Below, piece after piece: positions 1-13,905 of a stretch of 64,000 bases of DNA. This DNA comes from Harriotta raleighana. Taxonomy: Eukaryota. The stretch is taken from positions 3,671,538-3,735,537 of the forward strand of contig JBNZDD010013730.1 in assembly GCA_050575255.1 (NCBI GenBank), in the 5' to 3' direction. The first letter of the stretch is position 1. Each line of letters starts with the position of its first letter. The notes under the pieces are model-generated. The model saw nothing but the letters and a program-made list of their open reading frames with translations. It made no database searches and was not told the DNA's origin. A program made the translations under genes and the position numbers.

Positions 1-1919
1 CAGCTTATGAATATTGACGAGCTGATACTAAATTATGTATAGGAACCGGAAGTTTTAAATTGCCATCACCTTTGGGCTCACCAGCAGCAGAAAAGAATCT
101 AGACACAAAGGAGTCAATAAGCAATTCTGCTGCCTTCTTAGCTATTATACCTTCAGCCTCTTTCTAACAATCACCTGCGTTGGTGATTATTATAATAAAA
201 CTGCATGTGATAATGTTCTAATATACAATCTGAATGAGGTAATTATACAGTAATAGTCAACTACCATTTAGCACAATAACCTCGGAAGACTTAGCCTGCG
301 TTGAGATTGGCCTATGAATACATATTGCGTAATAATATATAATCCCACCCTAATGCACATGGTGCTCTGAGCATTCCAGTGAAACACAATAGAGTATTTG
401 TCAGGAATCTTTCCCCTTCCAGCCATGAAACAAAATCACAGTTTCACTTTCTCGCGCTCTTGTTACCAGCTCATTGCCAAATGGAAAAACCTGGTGACGA
501 TAATGGAAATTGGCAAAAGGAATGGAAACAACCTCAACACGAAGGAGAGTGAGTGGGGGAAACAATGAAAATGGTTTAAAATAAAAGGTAAAGTCTTGTG
601 AGGCATAACAAACTGCTGCCATCTTTTATTTTGTGGCATGTTTTGCAAACTTTTATGTTTTTTTTTAACTTTATGCATATATTAGATTTGCTTGTCTAGA
701 CACCAGTTTATGCTTCTTGAATGTTTTATAAATGTATATGAACAATGCATTGTTTTGTTTGCCTATTTATATGAAAAGATTAAAGGAAATGCATTCTAAA
801 TCAACTGACTGGGGAAAACGAAATCATTGTAACTCTCTTTGAAGCTTGTTAGTAGTAATAATAAATGAGCTGCCAGCTGACAACTAAAACATAATCCTCT
901 TTAATGCTGTCATAGAAAATAACTGGTAAGCATGGCAAATTTGTGGTAATATGTGAAAAGCAGATCCAGGGTCAGCTACTTCAGCCTTGTAAAAATACAG
1001 TAGAATTGCTAGTAGTATGAATAATTTAAAGGACACGAAATTCCAATAAATACAAAATTATTTGCTGCAAAATTAAATGCTTATTGGCCTGTTTCTGCAG
1101 ATGACCTGGTTTGAGGCAATGAACAATTAAATCAATGTGTTGCAATAAATCCATAGAATTATGATTAAAATATAAGCCTTATTTACAAGCCCATAACCCC
1201 CTTTCAGACAAAATAATTTAAACATTATGCAGCTGTTTGTTAATCTGTAATCATTCTGCATCAAATGTAACACCAAGAAAGTAAAGTGAAATAGTGTACA
1301 GAAATTCCACAATACTTAATTTTCAGTTTGATCATGAGCTGCGTATTATTTTGCAATGGAAAATGTAACCAAATATAAAAATGAGAATTAAAGAAAAGTA
1401 TTAAATATGTATTTTCCTCCTTTTTTTTTTAACTGAAGCCTTTGGCCAAGTACAGACATTTGCATTGATACACCATCACGTTTCTCCATAGAGACGTGAA
1501 GCAGAGATATAATCGTGCACAGGCAATCAAATACTAATCACATTAGCATTGTTCTCTCTTTGATACAGAACTACTAACTGATAGCTTGTAAAGTTCCAAA
1601 TGTGTGCGGAAACCTGACATTATTAGTTTATCGATTGAGAACTTGTTCCACTGTGAATGTACAGGAGAATTACCAAAGTGATCACCAACAACATAATCAT
1701 TTCAGGAGCTAACTGGACTGCAACTAACCAGCGTTTGTTTGCGGGTTTGACAGACATTTCGTTTAGATTCATTTCTTAAAAAGCTTTCAATTTGACCTGT
1801 AAATGTAAAAAAAAACAGCATGCCTCTTGGAAAAACACAGCCGAAAAACAATTCTCGCCGTTTTCTATATAACATTTTGTAACAATTACAATAAGATGAT
1901 ATGTGAAGCCTATAGACTT

Positions 1920-2043
1920 TTCTGTTCAACCGTGCCTTTGGTCACCTGTTCCCCCTCCCCCCAGGCTCCGTTTTGTGAACGCTCTGAGACGCCATCTGGC
2001 GTGGAGGGCGCGAAATAAATCCAAATTATTGTTGTTGTTGTTG
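1920..2043 (+). mobile_element. L2-type 3' tail (second subfamily)
   Basis: cgctctgagacgccatctggcgtggagggcgc...(TTG)n. Confidence 0.7.
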
Positions 2044-5000
2044 TGATGGTGTAATTATTAATTGAATGTTAAACATTTTGATGCAATAGTAAGATGGGAA
2101 TTGATTCTATAATATGTGAGGAATATTATTAAATCAGACATGGTGCTGGTCCTAAATAAATTAAGTATAATTATAATATAACTGATGAACTGATTAGTGA
2201 CTAATAAGTGAATGATTGATTTTTTTTTAAGCCAGTAATTCCTCATTTAAAATGACAATATTTTGGTTTGTGCCAATGTAACTGCTCTGAATGAAAAGTG
2301 CCAACAACACGCATTTAATCAAGGTTATACACTGTATTTGTAGCATTCACTGAAGATGGATCAAGAGCATGTCAATCAAGAGCTAAACAGCTCTATACAT
2401 TCTGCAACAGAATGAACATTTAGAATGCGACAGTAGTTAGCCCTATATATCCAGCAGCTTTTGCCTTGGGTTTGCAAACTGTTTTAACAGCCATCAGCCA
2501 AGAAATATATGTGTCATCTCCAAATCCCAAATCATAGAGTTTGATTCAAGTGATTGCACAGTGAAGTGCTGAAGGGTTCAGAGTGGCCAGAACAAGACTT
2601 AAAAGTGATGTGAAATACAGAGCAAAAGGAGCTGCTATTGGCTTCGAGCCTAAAATAGACTGAGCTTCAATGCCACGGAAAAAAAATTCACCAGGTTCTC
2701 CATCATTTCTTTAAAGGTCAGAATTGTTGGAGGTGAATTGGAAGAGCAGTGGATTGCAGATGCGTTTAACAGCAGGGTATTTTCCGCTGCCATGACCAGT
2801 TAAGGAAAAAATTCTAAAACACATCTGCTGGTAAACAGTTTGGCCCTACTGTGGGTCACATGCCTTTGCTATGCTCATTGTGGCGTGAACTTTTACCTGG
2901 ACAAGACTAGGAGCCAGCCTCAAACCAGTCAAACTTACTCCTTCAGCAGTTGTGGTTTTTTTTTATATATAAAAAAAAAGTGTGGACTGATGGACCCCGG
3001 AGACCTCTTCATTATCTGTCATTAAATGTTTTAAAGTTTGCATAATTGATCTGGCCAATAAGTCATCATTGATTTATAGAGGTCTCTGCTGAAGAGGTTC
3101 TCTTTAAAAATTCATAAAACTGCTATGTGTCTTTACAATCCATTAGCTGTTTACTGTACCCACGGTCCTGAGATTGAGTGACCTTGGACTGAGATTCTCA
3201 TGGTCTCTGCTCTTGGTAACAAAGCTTCTATGTGGGAAGAATTATGTTCATCTTTTTCCCTCGACGCCTATACTTTGATTTTTTTTTCATCAAAATTGAA
3301 TCCTGCTTTGAAACGATGAATAAATAAAGCATATTCCATAAACAGCTTTTCAGTCTTATTTAGGATTTTGAGCTTCATCCTGGCAATCTTTTTCTCTGCC
3401 ATCAAATTCAAGTGTGTAAATGTTCTAAAAGGCTTTGAATGTTTTATGATGATTTCAGGGAATGATGGAGTAATAGCTGAAGAGCGAAGCTATTAGTTTT
3501 AATATTTATATTGAGTGCTCTGAAACATTAATGTGACAATATGTAAGATCAGAGCAGTGGGACATATTTACTTCACAACCTCCACCACGTGGTAAATGCA
3601 TTTGTATGTTGTGGTACCAACGACAGATACTTATTTGTGAGTTCAGCTCTGGCACCAATAAATGCTTCAGATCCTCACTTTCTGCTTGGCATCAGTTGAA
3701 GTAAAGACAGAAACGGCAGCTCAAAAAGCAAACTACTCCAACCAAGGCCGCCTGACCAGCACCCTGGTGGAGCAAAGTTGTGATGGATCATTAATAATCA
3801 TAATATTCCCTGCATTTGATAGAGTGCCTTATCACGTCGTTGAGCGGTACTGATTCAAATTGCAACAAGGGCCAGTATTCTGCTAATGAGCAAGATTAGC
3901 CAAGTCACAGGCAAGCCACTCGCTAAAGATCGTGTGGTGGCAGCGAGCTCTTCATCTCTAGGGGGGTGTGGGAGGAGGGGAAGGAGGAGGGAGAGACTGA
4001 CAGGATTTATCTTGCCTCAGAGAAGTTGACATTCTGTCAGCTGATGATGGAGCAGCTTTGACAGTGGCCCTGCAGTAGTGAGCCTCAGACCATTCCACTG
4101 TTCCAGCTGAAGGAAGACACATGGCTCGGGAACAGGGCAAGGTGTTAAATTGTGAGGATGAACTGAGATGATTTTTTTATTTTTATAAATCCATTTGTTT
4201 TAAGTGATTTAGTTTTATACCATCGGCACCTTTAGCATTTCCCGAAATTTTCATAGGATTCACTCTTTTTTTTTAAACAAAAAACCACGGGTTTCGAATT
4301 GTTTTGTTTGTTTTACAGAATGTCATATGACCTTTCAGAGCAAATCAATCAGATCTAGTTTGACAAAGGCTCTTAACAAGAATAAATCTGCATTCTAAAA
4401 TGTAAATCCACTCTATGCAAAAAAAATTATACGCTTAGGAAGAAAGTGACGTGATCAAAGATATTCTCACACAAGCACTATTGTGGTTGCATTTGAATTT
4501 ATCTTTTTGCTTCACACTACATATCATTTTTGCTGTGTGTTTGATGCAATAGTCAAAAGATAGCCTTATATTTCCGGAACAGATGTTCTTCATGAACTCA
4601 TTTTGTTATTTGCTTGCTCAGATTCCTTGGTATGCATTTTATTAAGTTACTCACTTTTGCTGAGCATTCAAACCGATGTTAACATTGCCAAAACTGTGCA
4701 TGAACAATGAGTATTGCAAATGCTCGGGGTCTTGTTGTACATATGTGTGACTGATAATACAAGACACTCTTGCAAGTGCTGATGGAAACCAAGCGGGTGT
4801 TAACTAAAGCAGTGAAGACAATTACAGCTGTTCCACTAACCTCAGTTCTGCTCACCTCTAACCTTAGTGATTCTCAGGGCTTTCAACAGTCAGAGCACTG
4901 GAAAAATTAGCACATGTCAAGTATGAAATATCCATGAAGCACGCCACAAAAGCCAGCATCTGACAATTTATGCTCTCACTGAAATTCTTATAAATAAACA

Positions 5001-5422
5001 GCCTTTATTTTAGTTGATTTCCGAAAATAAGCCAGCAAGCCCATTTACAGTCTGACATTTTTACCGTTCACAACTTTTCAGAACAAAATAATGACAAAAC
5101 ACAGCAAGGTCGACCCCCCAAATAGCCTTAAAACAAATTATACTCCCATTCTAAAGGTTACCTTTCCAGTGGCCTGTGTAAATTGCTCAATTTTTGAGAC
5201 TATTAAATATCAACAAAATTGAAACATTCAGCGGCATCATACATCTTGGTTTTGCTCTGTTTCTCAAGGTGGTTTTAAACAGAAAAGAAAAAAAGTATTA
5301 ACAGGATGGTTAGCAACTCGCCAACATGCAATGTGTAGCAAACTGGTATAACCCTGTAGTGTGATGGGACATATGGCATTTTACGACAGCTTTCCTCCCT
5401 CAATGCACAGAAAAGCTCAGTT

Positions 5423-5500
5423 GGTTGAGTGCCCGACTTGTGACTGAGACCTGGTGCTTGTTTGGAATCCTGGTCTCAGTCACAAGTCAGGCACTTAACC
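5423..5500. repeat. Near-perfect inverted repeat (29-bp arms)
   Basis: ggttgagtgcccgacttgtgactgagacc (5423-5451) versus ggtctcagtcacaagtcaggcacttaacc (5472-5500), with 2 differences. Confidence 0.95.
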
Positions 5501-5618
5501 TCCATCCTTTTGCAGTCCCTAAATTTTACACTAAGTCTTCTTATTAAAAATATTGCAGAGCCTCTCGGGGGTTCAGAAGAATAATGTCAAGTGATATCAC
5601 TGGATACAAATGGATCAT

Positions 5619-5944
5619 GGAGCTCCTGTGGCTCAGTGGTTAGAGCACTCGCCTTACAAGCATGAGACCTGTGTTCGAATCCAGGCAGATCAGGGCGAAA
5701 CCTTGGGCAAGTTTCCTTACTCCACATGCCTAATAATAATCCCTCCAAAAAACCCACAATAATAAAAATTGATCATTTCAATCCACGACTGTTTGTGGGG
5801 GAAGCTGCTGTGCGCAATTGGCTGCCACATTCCGCCCACAAATATACAGTCAATTCACTTTACAGTATATTCTGTGAAGCGCTTTGGGACGTTGATAAGA
5901 TGTGAAAAGCGCTATATCAAATGCAAGGATTATTGTTATTATTA
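5619..5944 (+). mobile_element. tRNA-derived Deu-domain SINE, full length
   Basis: A box (tggctcagtgg), B box (gttcgaatcc), Deu-like core tgtttgtggg..gctgtgcgcaattggctgcc, L2-like tail and (ATT)n. Confidence 0.92.
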
Positions 5945-5964
5945 AATGTTTTGAGCAAAGCACT

Positions 5965-6280
5965 ATCATTCGACTGGTGGGCGAATCTGTGACTCGTGGT
6001 CACAGATTTAAAATAGTTTCAAAACGAAGCAGAGGGGAGCTGAGGAGAAATTGTGTCACTCAGCGGGTTGTTTGAATCTGGAATGCATTGTCTGAAGAGG
6101 TGGTAGAGGCCGATTCGATAACAGCTTTTATAAGAGAGTTAGATATTTATTTAGGGAGAACAGATCTGTTAGGTTATGGGGAGAGAGCTGGGCAGTGGGA
6201 TTGAGTTGCTCTTTTCGGAGAGTCGGCACAGACTAGATGGGCCGAATGGCCTCCTTTTGTGCCATAAAATTCTATGATTC
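5965..6280 (+). mobile_element. CR1 LINE 3' end
   Basis: Encodes TRGHRFKI...TQRVV*IWNAL.EEVVEADSITAFIRELD (CR1 ORF2 end). The 3' tail is gatgggccgaatggcctcct...attctatgattc. Confidence 0.9.
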
Positions 6281-9019
6281 CTCAACTTGGAGTGGTTTAT
6301 ACAGAGTGGAAAAAATCCTTGACTGACTAGAAAATGTTTCAATGGCTTGGTTTGCTGGTTACATCTTCCGCAGCGAAAAGCTACAAAATGCCCACACCAA
6401 ATTTGTGTATGTTTTAGTGCATGAAACATAACGATATCGGTGATATCCGAAAGGTTCATTCACATTGAATCCAATGCAACACTTATGGATAGCATCAAGA
6501 TCTACTGAGTATTGGTACATGTCTGCATGAGGGGAAGGAATGTGCATTTTGAAGGTGAGTGTCCCATTCTTTTAAAGCAACCGGGAGAAATCTGCTCATG
6601 TGTTTAAAAGATCAACCCAAACACTCAGTGTAACCCAAACACTCACACTCACAAGCAACAATTTTGAAGAGGGGACAGCATAATTGAATCTAAAATTAAC
6701 AATACATGGAGAGAGTAACTCTTAAACTTACTTGTTTAAGCACTCCGAGGGCTCCATATAAATACGAGTTGCTGTTGTATCGTTCTTCTTGATGTCCAAC
6801 CACCGATATTTATGATGCGAATCTGCTCACCACATCTGCTCGCCGCACACAGGATCCTCAGACCCAGCAAAAACACATGTTAAATTCTAGTGCCAGTGCA
6901 AATTGTGGTGATGTGCAAACAGCAGGGAGTTTGAATCAATAAAACATTAAAAATTTGAGCCATTCTCTGTAACACGTTGATGTTGACAGAGATTCTAAAA
7001 ACCTTGAACTGGAATGGGTACAGAGGGCCTGGAACATCACTGAAGACACATCAAGAATTTTGAGGAGTTTTCGGGACCAGGCAGTAAAGCTTCTCATGGA
7101 ATGAAAACTGGGAGCTTTAGGATAGCGGGTAAAATGAGAGAATAAAATGGCAAGTTGGTATTTATGCCAATTAAAAACAAGTTAAATCCCCTTTTCTCGG
7201 GCTCAATTACTCCTTACCTCTTGTACTTAGAATCAGAGGAAAGAAGATTATCTGGTATTCTAGTCTTTCTGATCTCACACATGTGAACCCCAAGTTATTG
7301 TCAGATGGGAAATGTTAACCACTGCCAGATTTCTCCCCGCATGAAATCTCAAAGTGAACTTCTACTCATATGAGTTATTCAAACCATTGAGGTGCTCAAA
7401 ACATTTGATCCCATCTTTATCAAGAAGTACAAAAGGGAACATCCCTTTGCCTGTTTAATTACATAATCAAAACTTGGCATTTGTTTAAACAAATATGGGA
7501 ATACTACAGTGAAGTGCGCCTGAAAGTTTTAATTGTTACAATGATGTCTGGAGGGGGAGAGGGGCCAAGAGCTCACAAGATTGGCTGGTAACACTTGCTG
7601 GAATATTCCTCAGTCAACACATCCTCATCCATGTGCAGAGAAAACAAATGAGAAGTTCAATTAGTTATAAACTGTAGATGATACATACAGTGTGCAATGT
7701 ACACAAGCATTGGAAAGTCAAGTGTTCTGCACTTGGAGGCAACAAATAGTTTACCTTTGATATTAATGAGTAAAAATCCTAAAATGGGCAGAGGGAGTAG
7801 ACATTGAAGGTTTGTCTGTGTATGATCAACTTTGAGTTTGTTTCGTAGAACGAACTGGAAAATAATGTTCTGATCGGTATCCCTTGGCAACTTGAGGTCA
7901 TTTCTTTGATTCATTTGGGCATTTATACCCAATCCCGCAAGTGCTGAGGAGATTTGGGTAACATCCATACGTCGAGAGGGAGTACACAATGCAGAGCTCT
8001 GTAACTGTCAGCACAGTCGTGTATTGGCATTTCTAAAAGATTTCTTTTTTTTAAAAAAAAATGCCATTTAACCTTTCAGAGCAAATCAATCAGTTATAGT
8101 TTGACAATGGGTTTAACAATGTAGCTCAAACAATCAAATAGTTTAGGTACATGACTGGAGGTCCTTAATGTAGTGCTCACTGAGAGAGGCTGAGTGCTTT
8201 TTCTTCTCTCTCCTTTCTTTGAATGCGGTGACTGACACTTACGGCATCAGTGTACTTGCGAAGATGAAACAGCCTCTCCTGCTGTCCTAATCAACTCAGC
8301 ACAAGTTTCCTGCTACAGCTTCCTGCCTCTGGGAGCTGCTGTCAAGCCTGAGTCAGCGCCTTCCTCGACGAAGATTGTAAATAAGTTACGAGACATTTGC
8401 CTTTGTCACCTGCTTATGCACCACAGATTAGTATGTAAATTAGGCTGCACAGGAACAGGCTGGAGCAGTGGTGCTAATACTCTAAATGATCCTTCAAAAC
8501 AGTAATTAGAAGTTTTTCATCACACTAATTTGACATGGCAAATTAGTGAAGCTGTGTTAAGGGGACTGGAGCCAGGGCGTATGTGTGCAAGCACAGAGTC
8601 TTGCCAGAAAGTCCAGCTTCACAAGGGAGTATCGTAGCAGTGCACAGAAGCGACAATTAGCAAAATCAGCAGAAAATATTATCAGTTTGGGGCTCTTAGA
8701 CCCTATTAAGTTGGGACCGTAGCTTGTTATTTCAGCAATTCTGCCTGGTGTGTTATATAACAACATTTGCTGGTTGGTTACTCTATCTAGATCTTTTCAT
8801 AATTCCATTTAAAATGCCATTCAGCGATCTTAGAGATCCAACCTGCCTCACTATGCTCATTTCTCATCCATGATTTGCAAGGCTCTGCCATAATCCACGA
8901 ACAGTTATGAGAGCTATTGGCTGCATTCATGTCTCACTGTATATTTTACTCACGCACCTGGCAAAAGCCAATTTATTAGATTGGGTTCTCCAAATCCATA
9001 CCAAAATAACATAGGGATG

Positions 9020-9095
9020 AGGTGTCAGCCTGGCTCAGTTGGTAGCAATCTCACCTTTCAGTCAGAAGGCTGTGGTTTCAAGTTCACTTCTGGAT
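9020..9095 (+). mobile_element. tRNA-like SINE head (SacSINE-type)
   Basis: tggctcagttggtagcaatctcacctttcagtcagaaggctgtggtttcaag. Confidence 0.6.
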
Positions 9096-9422
9096 GTTGG
9101 TGGTACACAATGATTCATGCTACACAATATTGGGCAAAGCATTCTGAAGTTAAGTAGCTCAATCTAAACAAGAACAACATTTATATCGCACTCTTCATGC
9201 AGAATAGCATCTTATAGCGCTCAAGCCTAAACTAACTACAGTTGGGAGCCTAAATCAACTTCAGTTAGACCGTTTCCAGGCCCTCGTGGTACTGAAACCA
9301 TCAGATTTTACTTATTCTGCTTTGAGACAGATAAAGAGTGATGTAGATGATTGTACTGCATTTCTAAAACCCACTTGTGGACAAACCAACTCTATCCTGA
9401 TAGTAAATCTACAATACTGTGC

Positions 9423-9514
9423 TACAGTCAAACCACTTTACATATATTCCGTGAAGCACTTTGAGACGTCGATAAGATATGAAAAGCGCTATATTAAATG
9501 CAAAGATTATTATA
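9423..9514 (+). mobile_element. SINE 3' fragment
   Basis: gtgaagcactttgagacgtcgataagatatgaaaagcgctatattaaatgcaaagattatt. Confidence 0.85.
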
Positions 9515-10789
9515 TTGAATTTGCTCATTTAGAAACAGACAGCATAATCCAAGTAAAATATTTCCTTTGATTAATGGGCAATGGATTGCTTCATGCATTT
9601 TGTAATATTTCAAAATGATTTCTTCTAATGCCAAAAAAGGAATTAAACCTAGGTATTCTTAAGTGCATTCACTTTGAATTAAGAGTTAGTTTTGACAGCA
9701 ATCTGGGCAATGCAGAGAGAGTACATAATGCAAATAAATTGCAATAGTTTGAGAAGTTGGAGGTTGAGGAGAGATAGAATGAAGAACAATGTGGATAGAT
9801 AAGAATATCAAACTGAAACTGATTAGGAATAACTCTGCAATTGTGGAGTTTAATGGGGAATATCAGAAATCAAAGCAATGTGAACCATTCTGTGATTGAT
9901 GCCTGTAACACTGCAATACCTTGGCTTTCTCATACACCATGGGATAGTGTATCAGAAAATTCCTTACTATATGTATCACAATTTACTTCCACATGAGATC
10001 ACGTTAGCATGGTAATGGTGGCAAGCCTCATCAGCAAGTCTCCTCAGGCTGAATGTCTCTTGAATATCAATTAGAGCTTCTCAGGTTTGAAGGAAATCTT
10101 AACATGTGACCCATTTGTTGGATTTTTGATGGACATATAATTTGATTTGTAATTCAAAATTCATAGTTGGATTTTTGTTTTGATTTGTTTGGAATAAATG
10201 ATGCACTGATTTTCACGTTCTTAAGCACAGATGCTGATTTGTTGGGGGTGGGGTCACTGTCGAGTCCAAGTTCTGCCTTATCAGGTGTGCACAACATTTT
10301 CAAGATTATGATTTACGGGTCAAATCAATTCAGTTTACGACCGGTAATCATTGGATGGCGTCTTCCTATCTTGTACAAAAATGGCTGATGTTTTGAGATT
10401 TCAAATGCCAAACGTCAGAGTCATCAAGATGTCTCTACTGAGGGGGATCTGGATAGAACACTTTCCTTTCACCGTCGGGAACCTGGCACAAATCCTGCTC
10501 ACTCCGATCGGATGAAAGCATCTTCTCTCCAATGAACTGCTAAGGGTTCTAAATGGAATGCGTTTAGACAGTGAAATCAGTGCACAGCACAAAACAGCAG
10601 TAATTTGACACTGATTGAACAACTTTTAGCAGAGCAGAACTGGGAGGAATAGAAAGAAAAAGTAAGAAGCTTCCAATGGATCTGAAGATTAGAAGACATT
10701 TTCTCTCCAGCCTCTCCCCAGTCCCCCCACCCCAAGCCTCCAGGTTCTTGGTATTTGAAACAGATTCCCCAACAAATAGACCAATATAC

Positions 10790-10925
10790 AGTCAATTCTC
10801 CTACTCTCCTTCCCCCCCACCCCAACCCTCCCCGCCTCCCCCACCTGCTCTGGTCCCTGTCTAACTGTTCAGCACCATGGGACGTACTCCTGACGTGAAA
10901 GGCTCTGTATAAATGTAAGGTTTGA
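10790..10925 (+). mobile_element. L2 3' tail fragment
   Basis: C-rich tract followed by gggacgtactcctgacgtgaaaggctctgtataaatgtaag. Confidence 0.75.
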
Positions 10926-13639
10926 TTGATTGATATGATGGCTCATCAGTCAGTCCCTTTACAAAAGAGTAGGATAACTAACTGCTTGACAATGGTATTG
11001 AAGGACATAGGGATGTGCTGATTGAAATTATTGCTGGAGTTTAACCAGCTAAAAGCACATAGCTTGCTGTTGAGCGCGCTGTTTGGCAAGCTTCCTACTG
11101 CTTGTCCAGCTGGGTCCACCCAACTAGAAAGGGCTTTGTCTTGCAAGATGACAAAAAAATAAGTGGGAAGAATCCCTGTTCCCAGTGATAGGTCTACTCC
11201 TCCAAGGACTACTGATGAGCCAAGCTAATGAGTCAGTTAGCAGCAGTTCTCTGAACTACTGCGGAACCTCGGGAAATGGACTACCAAGACCCCCCACAGA
11301 GGTTTGACTCAATTCAGATGTTCTGTTACCAGACATGTAATCTTGGAGCCAGCTCAGCTACAAAGAGACGCTCCTTCTGCCCCCTCCCCCTCTCCCCAGA
11401 GGACATCCCCCTTGGCGATGGCAATGAGCTGGAGGTTATAAATCACGGCAATGTTGTGTCATGAACGCGGGCATTCTGCATATCATTCGGCTAACTGGTA
11501 CGTATGAATTTCTGCTCTATGGTTTACTCACTCACCTATCTCATTTGCCAACAAATTTGCAAAGATAAGCTCCAAAAATGCGAGTAAGAAAAATGTAGTC
11601 ACAAATTATTTTATTTAATCATCCCTTGAAGTCATAAATACAGCTACACATTTTTAAAATGCTTGCATTCTTGCTTCTGGATGTTAGAAAATGATTTACG
11701 CTACAGTACTCCATGATTTTGTCTATCGCCACTAATATACTGTGGTCTAAAAATGTTAAGAAACTAATTTTCACACTCAAACCAGTGAAATAGTCAGGTC
11801 ACTCACTAGGGATTTGTGGGCACAATCGGAGTGATCTCTGCTCCTTTATCACACACAAAAAAAATCCTTAAATCGCAATGTGTAAATGAGAAAGAAAATA
11901 AATACTACCGATACAGTTATGCTTTTCATTTTCAATATATTGTAACATGAAACATTTGGAACAGGATTTTTTACTTCATATGGACCTGCAAACCTTTTGG
12001 TGGGTTCATTACCTACGCGTTGTGGGGTTGGTTTTGCTCACAAAATAAACATCTTACTTGACACTTTATTACAGTATCCTTGGTTTACCTTCAAATTCTC
12101 CTTGTTATCCATCCTCTCAGTCTACTTCACCTACTCTGAAACATGCATCTGCTCCTGTAACTTGTTTAGAACCTGTAGAGTGGAGTCAATGTGCCCCTGG
12201 CTGTGGAACAACCAACCAGCAAAGGCAAACTAATTAGACGCAGACAAACACTTAGGCAATCTCACCTTCTGAATATAAGCCTCTTCCTTTCATTTGACAA
12301 GACTCTCAGCTGCCTCTGAGCGTGAGAAAACAAATCCCCTGCAAACAAGTTCTCCCCTCTCCCTGTTAGTGATATCTAACAGATCACAATGGCTGGAGGT
12401 GAAAGGTGGCCGTCTTGTCAGGTAATCACATCATCTAGTACAGTCTATATTAAAATAGTGGCACTTGTTTAGACTAGCCTATTTGCACCTACCTGCAGAG
12501 TGCCTTTTTTAATGTAATTATTAGCCTCTGTGGCCCTGTCTTCGATTTGAAAGTATCATTCATTTTCATCTCGCTTCATGTACTGCTACTATCCTCCAAT
12601 TCAAATGTAGTCACCTAATCTCCCCACGTCCAAGTGTGGATGTGGAGGTGGGCAGAAAATAGCTGAATTAACAAGAATGAGCCTGTAAGTGAGCTAGGTG
12701 ACAAATAAGGAACTGGCAATTTATTTTAATCCCTCACAGATCAGGGAAATAATATGCAGGAATGAAGTGCTATTCAGCTGAAGAGAGGGGAAGGTACAAT
12801 ATGCCAGAGTTAATAGAACAGCTGTTCTAATATTATTACCAGCCATAGAAAAGAGCTAGGGCCTGATGGATTACATAGTCACAGAGTCACAGTCAATGAT
12901 TATAAACAACATTTTTATGGAATGCGGATGATGATAAAAAGATAAGAGTTCAATTTAGGTCCATTTTTGAAGTTGATTTTTATATCATTCTGTAATTCAT
13001 TCTAAATGTAATTTGAAGCATTTTCATTTGAGTCACGAAGCAGGTATCTGTAATAATCTTTTGTGGTTATGAAAAAATACTCGATCCATACTTTTATATA
13101 ACTTCATTATCCCAGAATGATATCAGTCATTAAATTCCTATATGTACACTTCACTGAAAATTAACACTCAGAAACGAAAATGATGATGTGAGTCAGTTTC
13201 TGAGTTTATCTCTTCATAAAACACATCAATGGCAACATATTAATGCAATACCTAGAGAGAGAGAAAAAAATCACATCAGGCTTCACATGCAAAGGAGTCA
13301 GGTGCCAAAACACAGAAGAACTCTCCCAAATATTCAGCAATTTAAAGTTAACAAACACACAGAGCTATATTGGCAAGGTCTGCAGTTTTTAACATCGACC
13401 TAATAATGGTAATTCTTCTGCTAATTGACACAGGAAAGCTTTGAGCTAATTAATATTGGCTCAGCATGGAAAGATATTCAGCATTACCGATACTTTTAAA
13501 ATGTTGATTCGAATTTTGCGGCAGATAATATGTGCACAGGATTTCCGAGCAATCTTTGCCTTCTTACATTTCCACATGCGTATTAGGCGCTCAACAAGGT
13601 GAGAAATGATGGTGTTTATTGACCACATCAAGCACTTAA

Positions 13640-13905
13640 ACCCAAGCTCAGAAGAGCACCACCTGCTGTAGTAAAGTGATATGCCCATTTCCCAAATGTC
13701 CTACCATTGTGTCCTTTCCGAGGAAGATTGGTAAATAAAGTGACAATTGTGTTGAACTTGGGGGCACTTTTGTGTTTACAATTGACTCCACTGGGAACTG
13801 AGTTGAGACTGACCAAACTCATTTTTACTTACGACTCTTAACAGCCAACGGAGAAACGACTTCAATCATCTTTTGGATCTGGCTCTAATCCAGGTGTCAG
13901 AAGAC
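13640..13905 (-). mobile_element. LF-SINE-like ancient SINE
   Basis: The minus strand reads gaagtcgtttctccgttggctg...aaatgagtttggtcagtctcaactcagttcccagtgga, matching the recalled LF-SINE core (aaatgagttggtggtctcagtccagttcctagtgga). Confidence 0.6.

Noticed and set aside
5619-5690. tRNA-like sequences (also at 23301, 35526, 52536, 62555)
   Set aside because: They continue directly into SINE core and tail and have variable anticodon positions, so they are SINE heads rather than tRNA genes.
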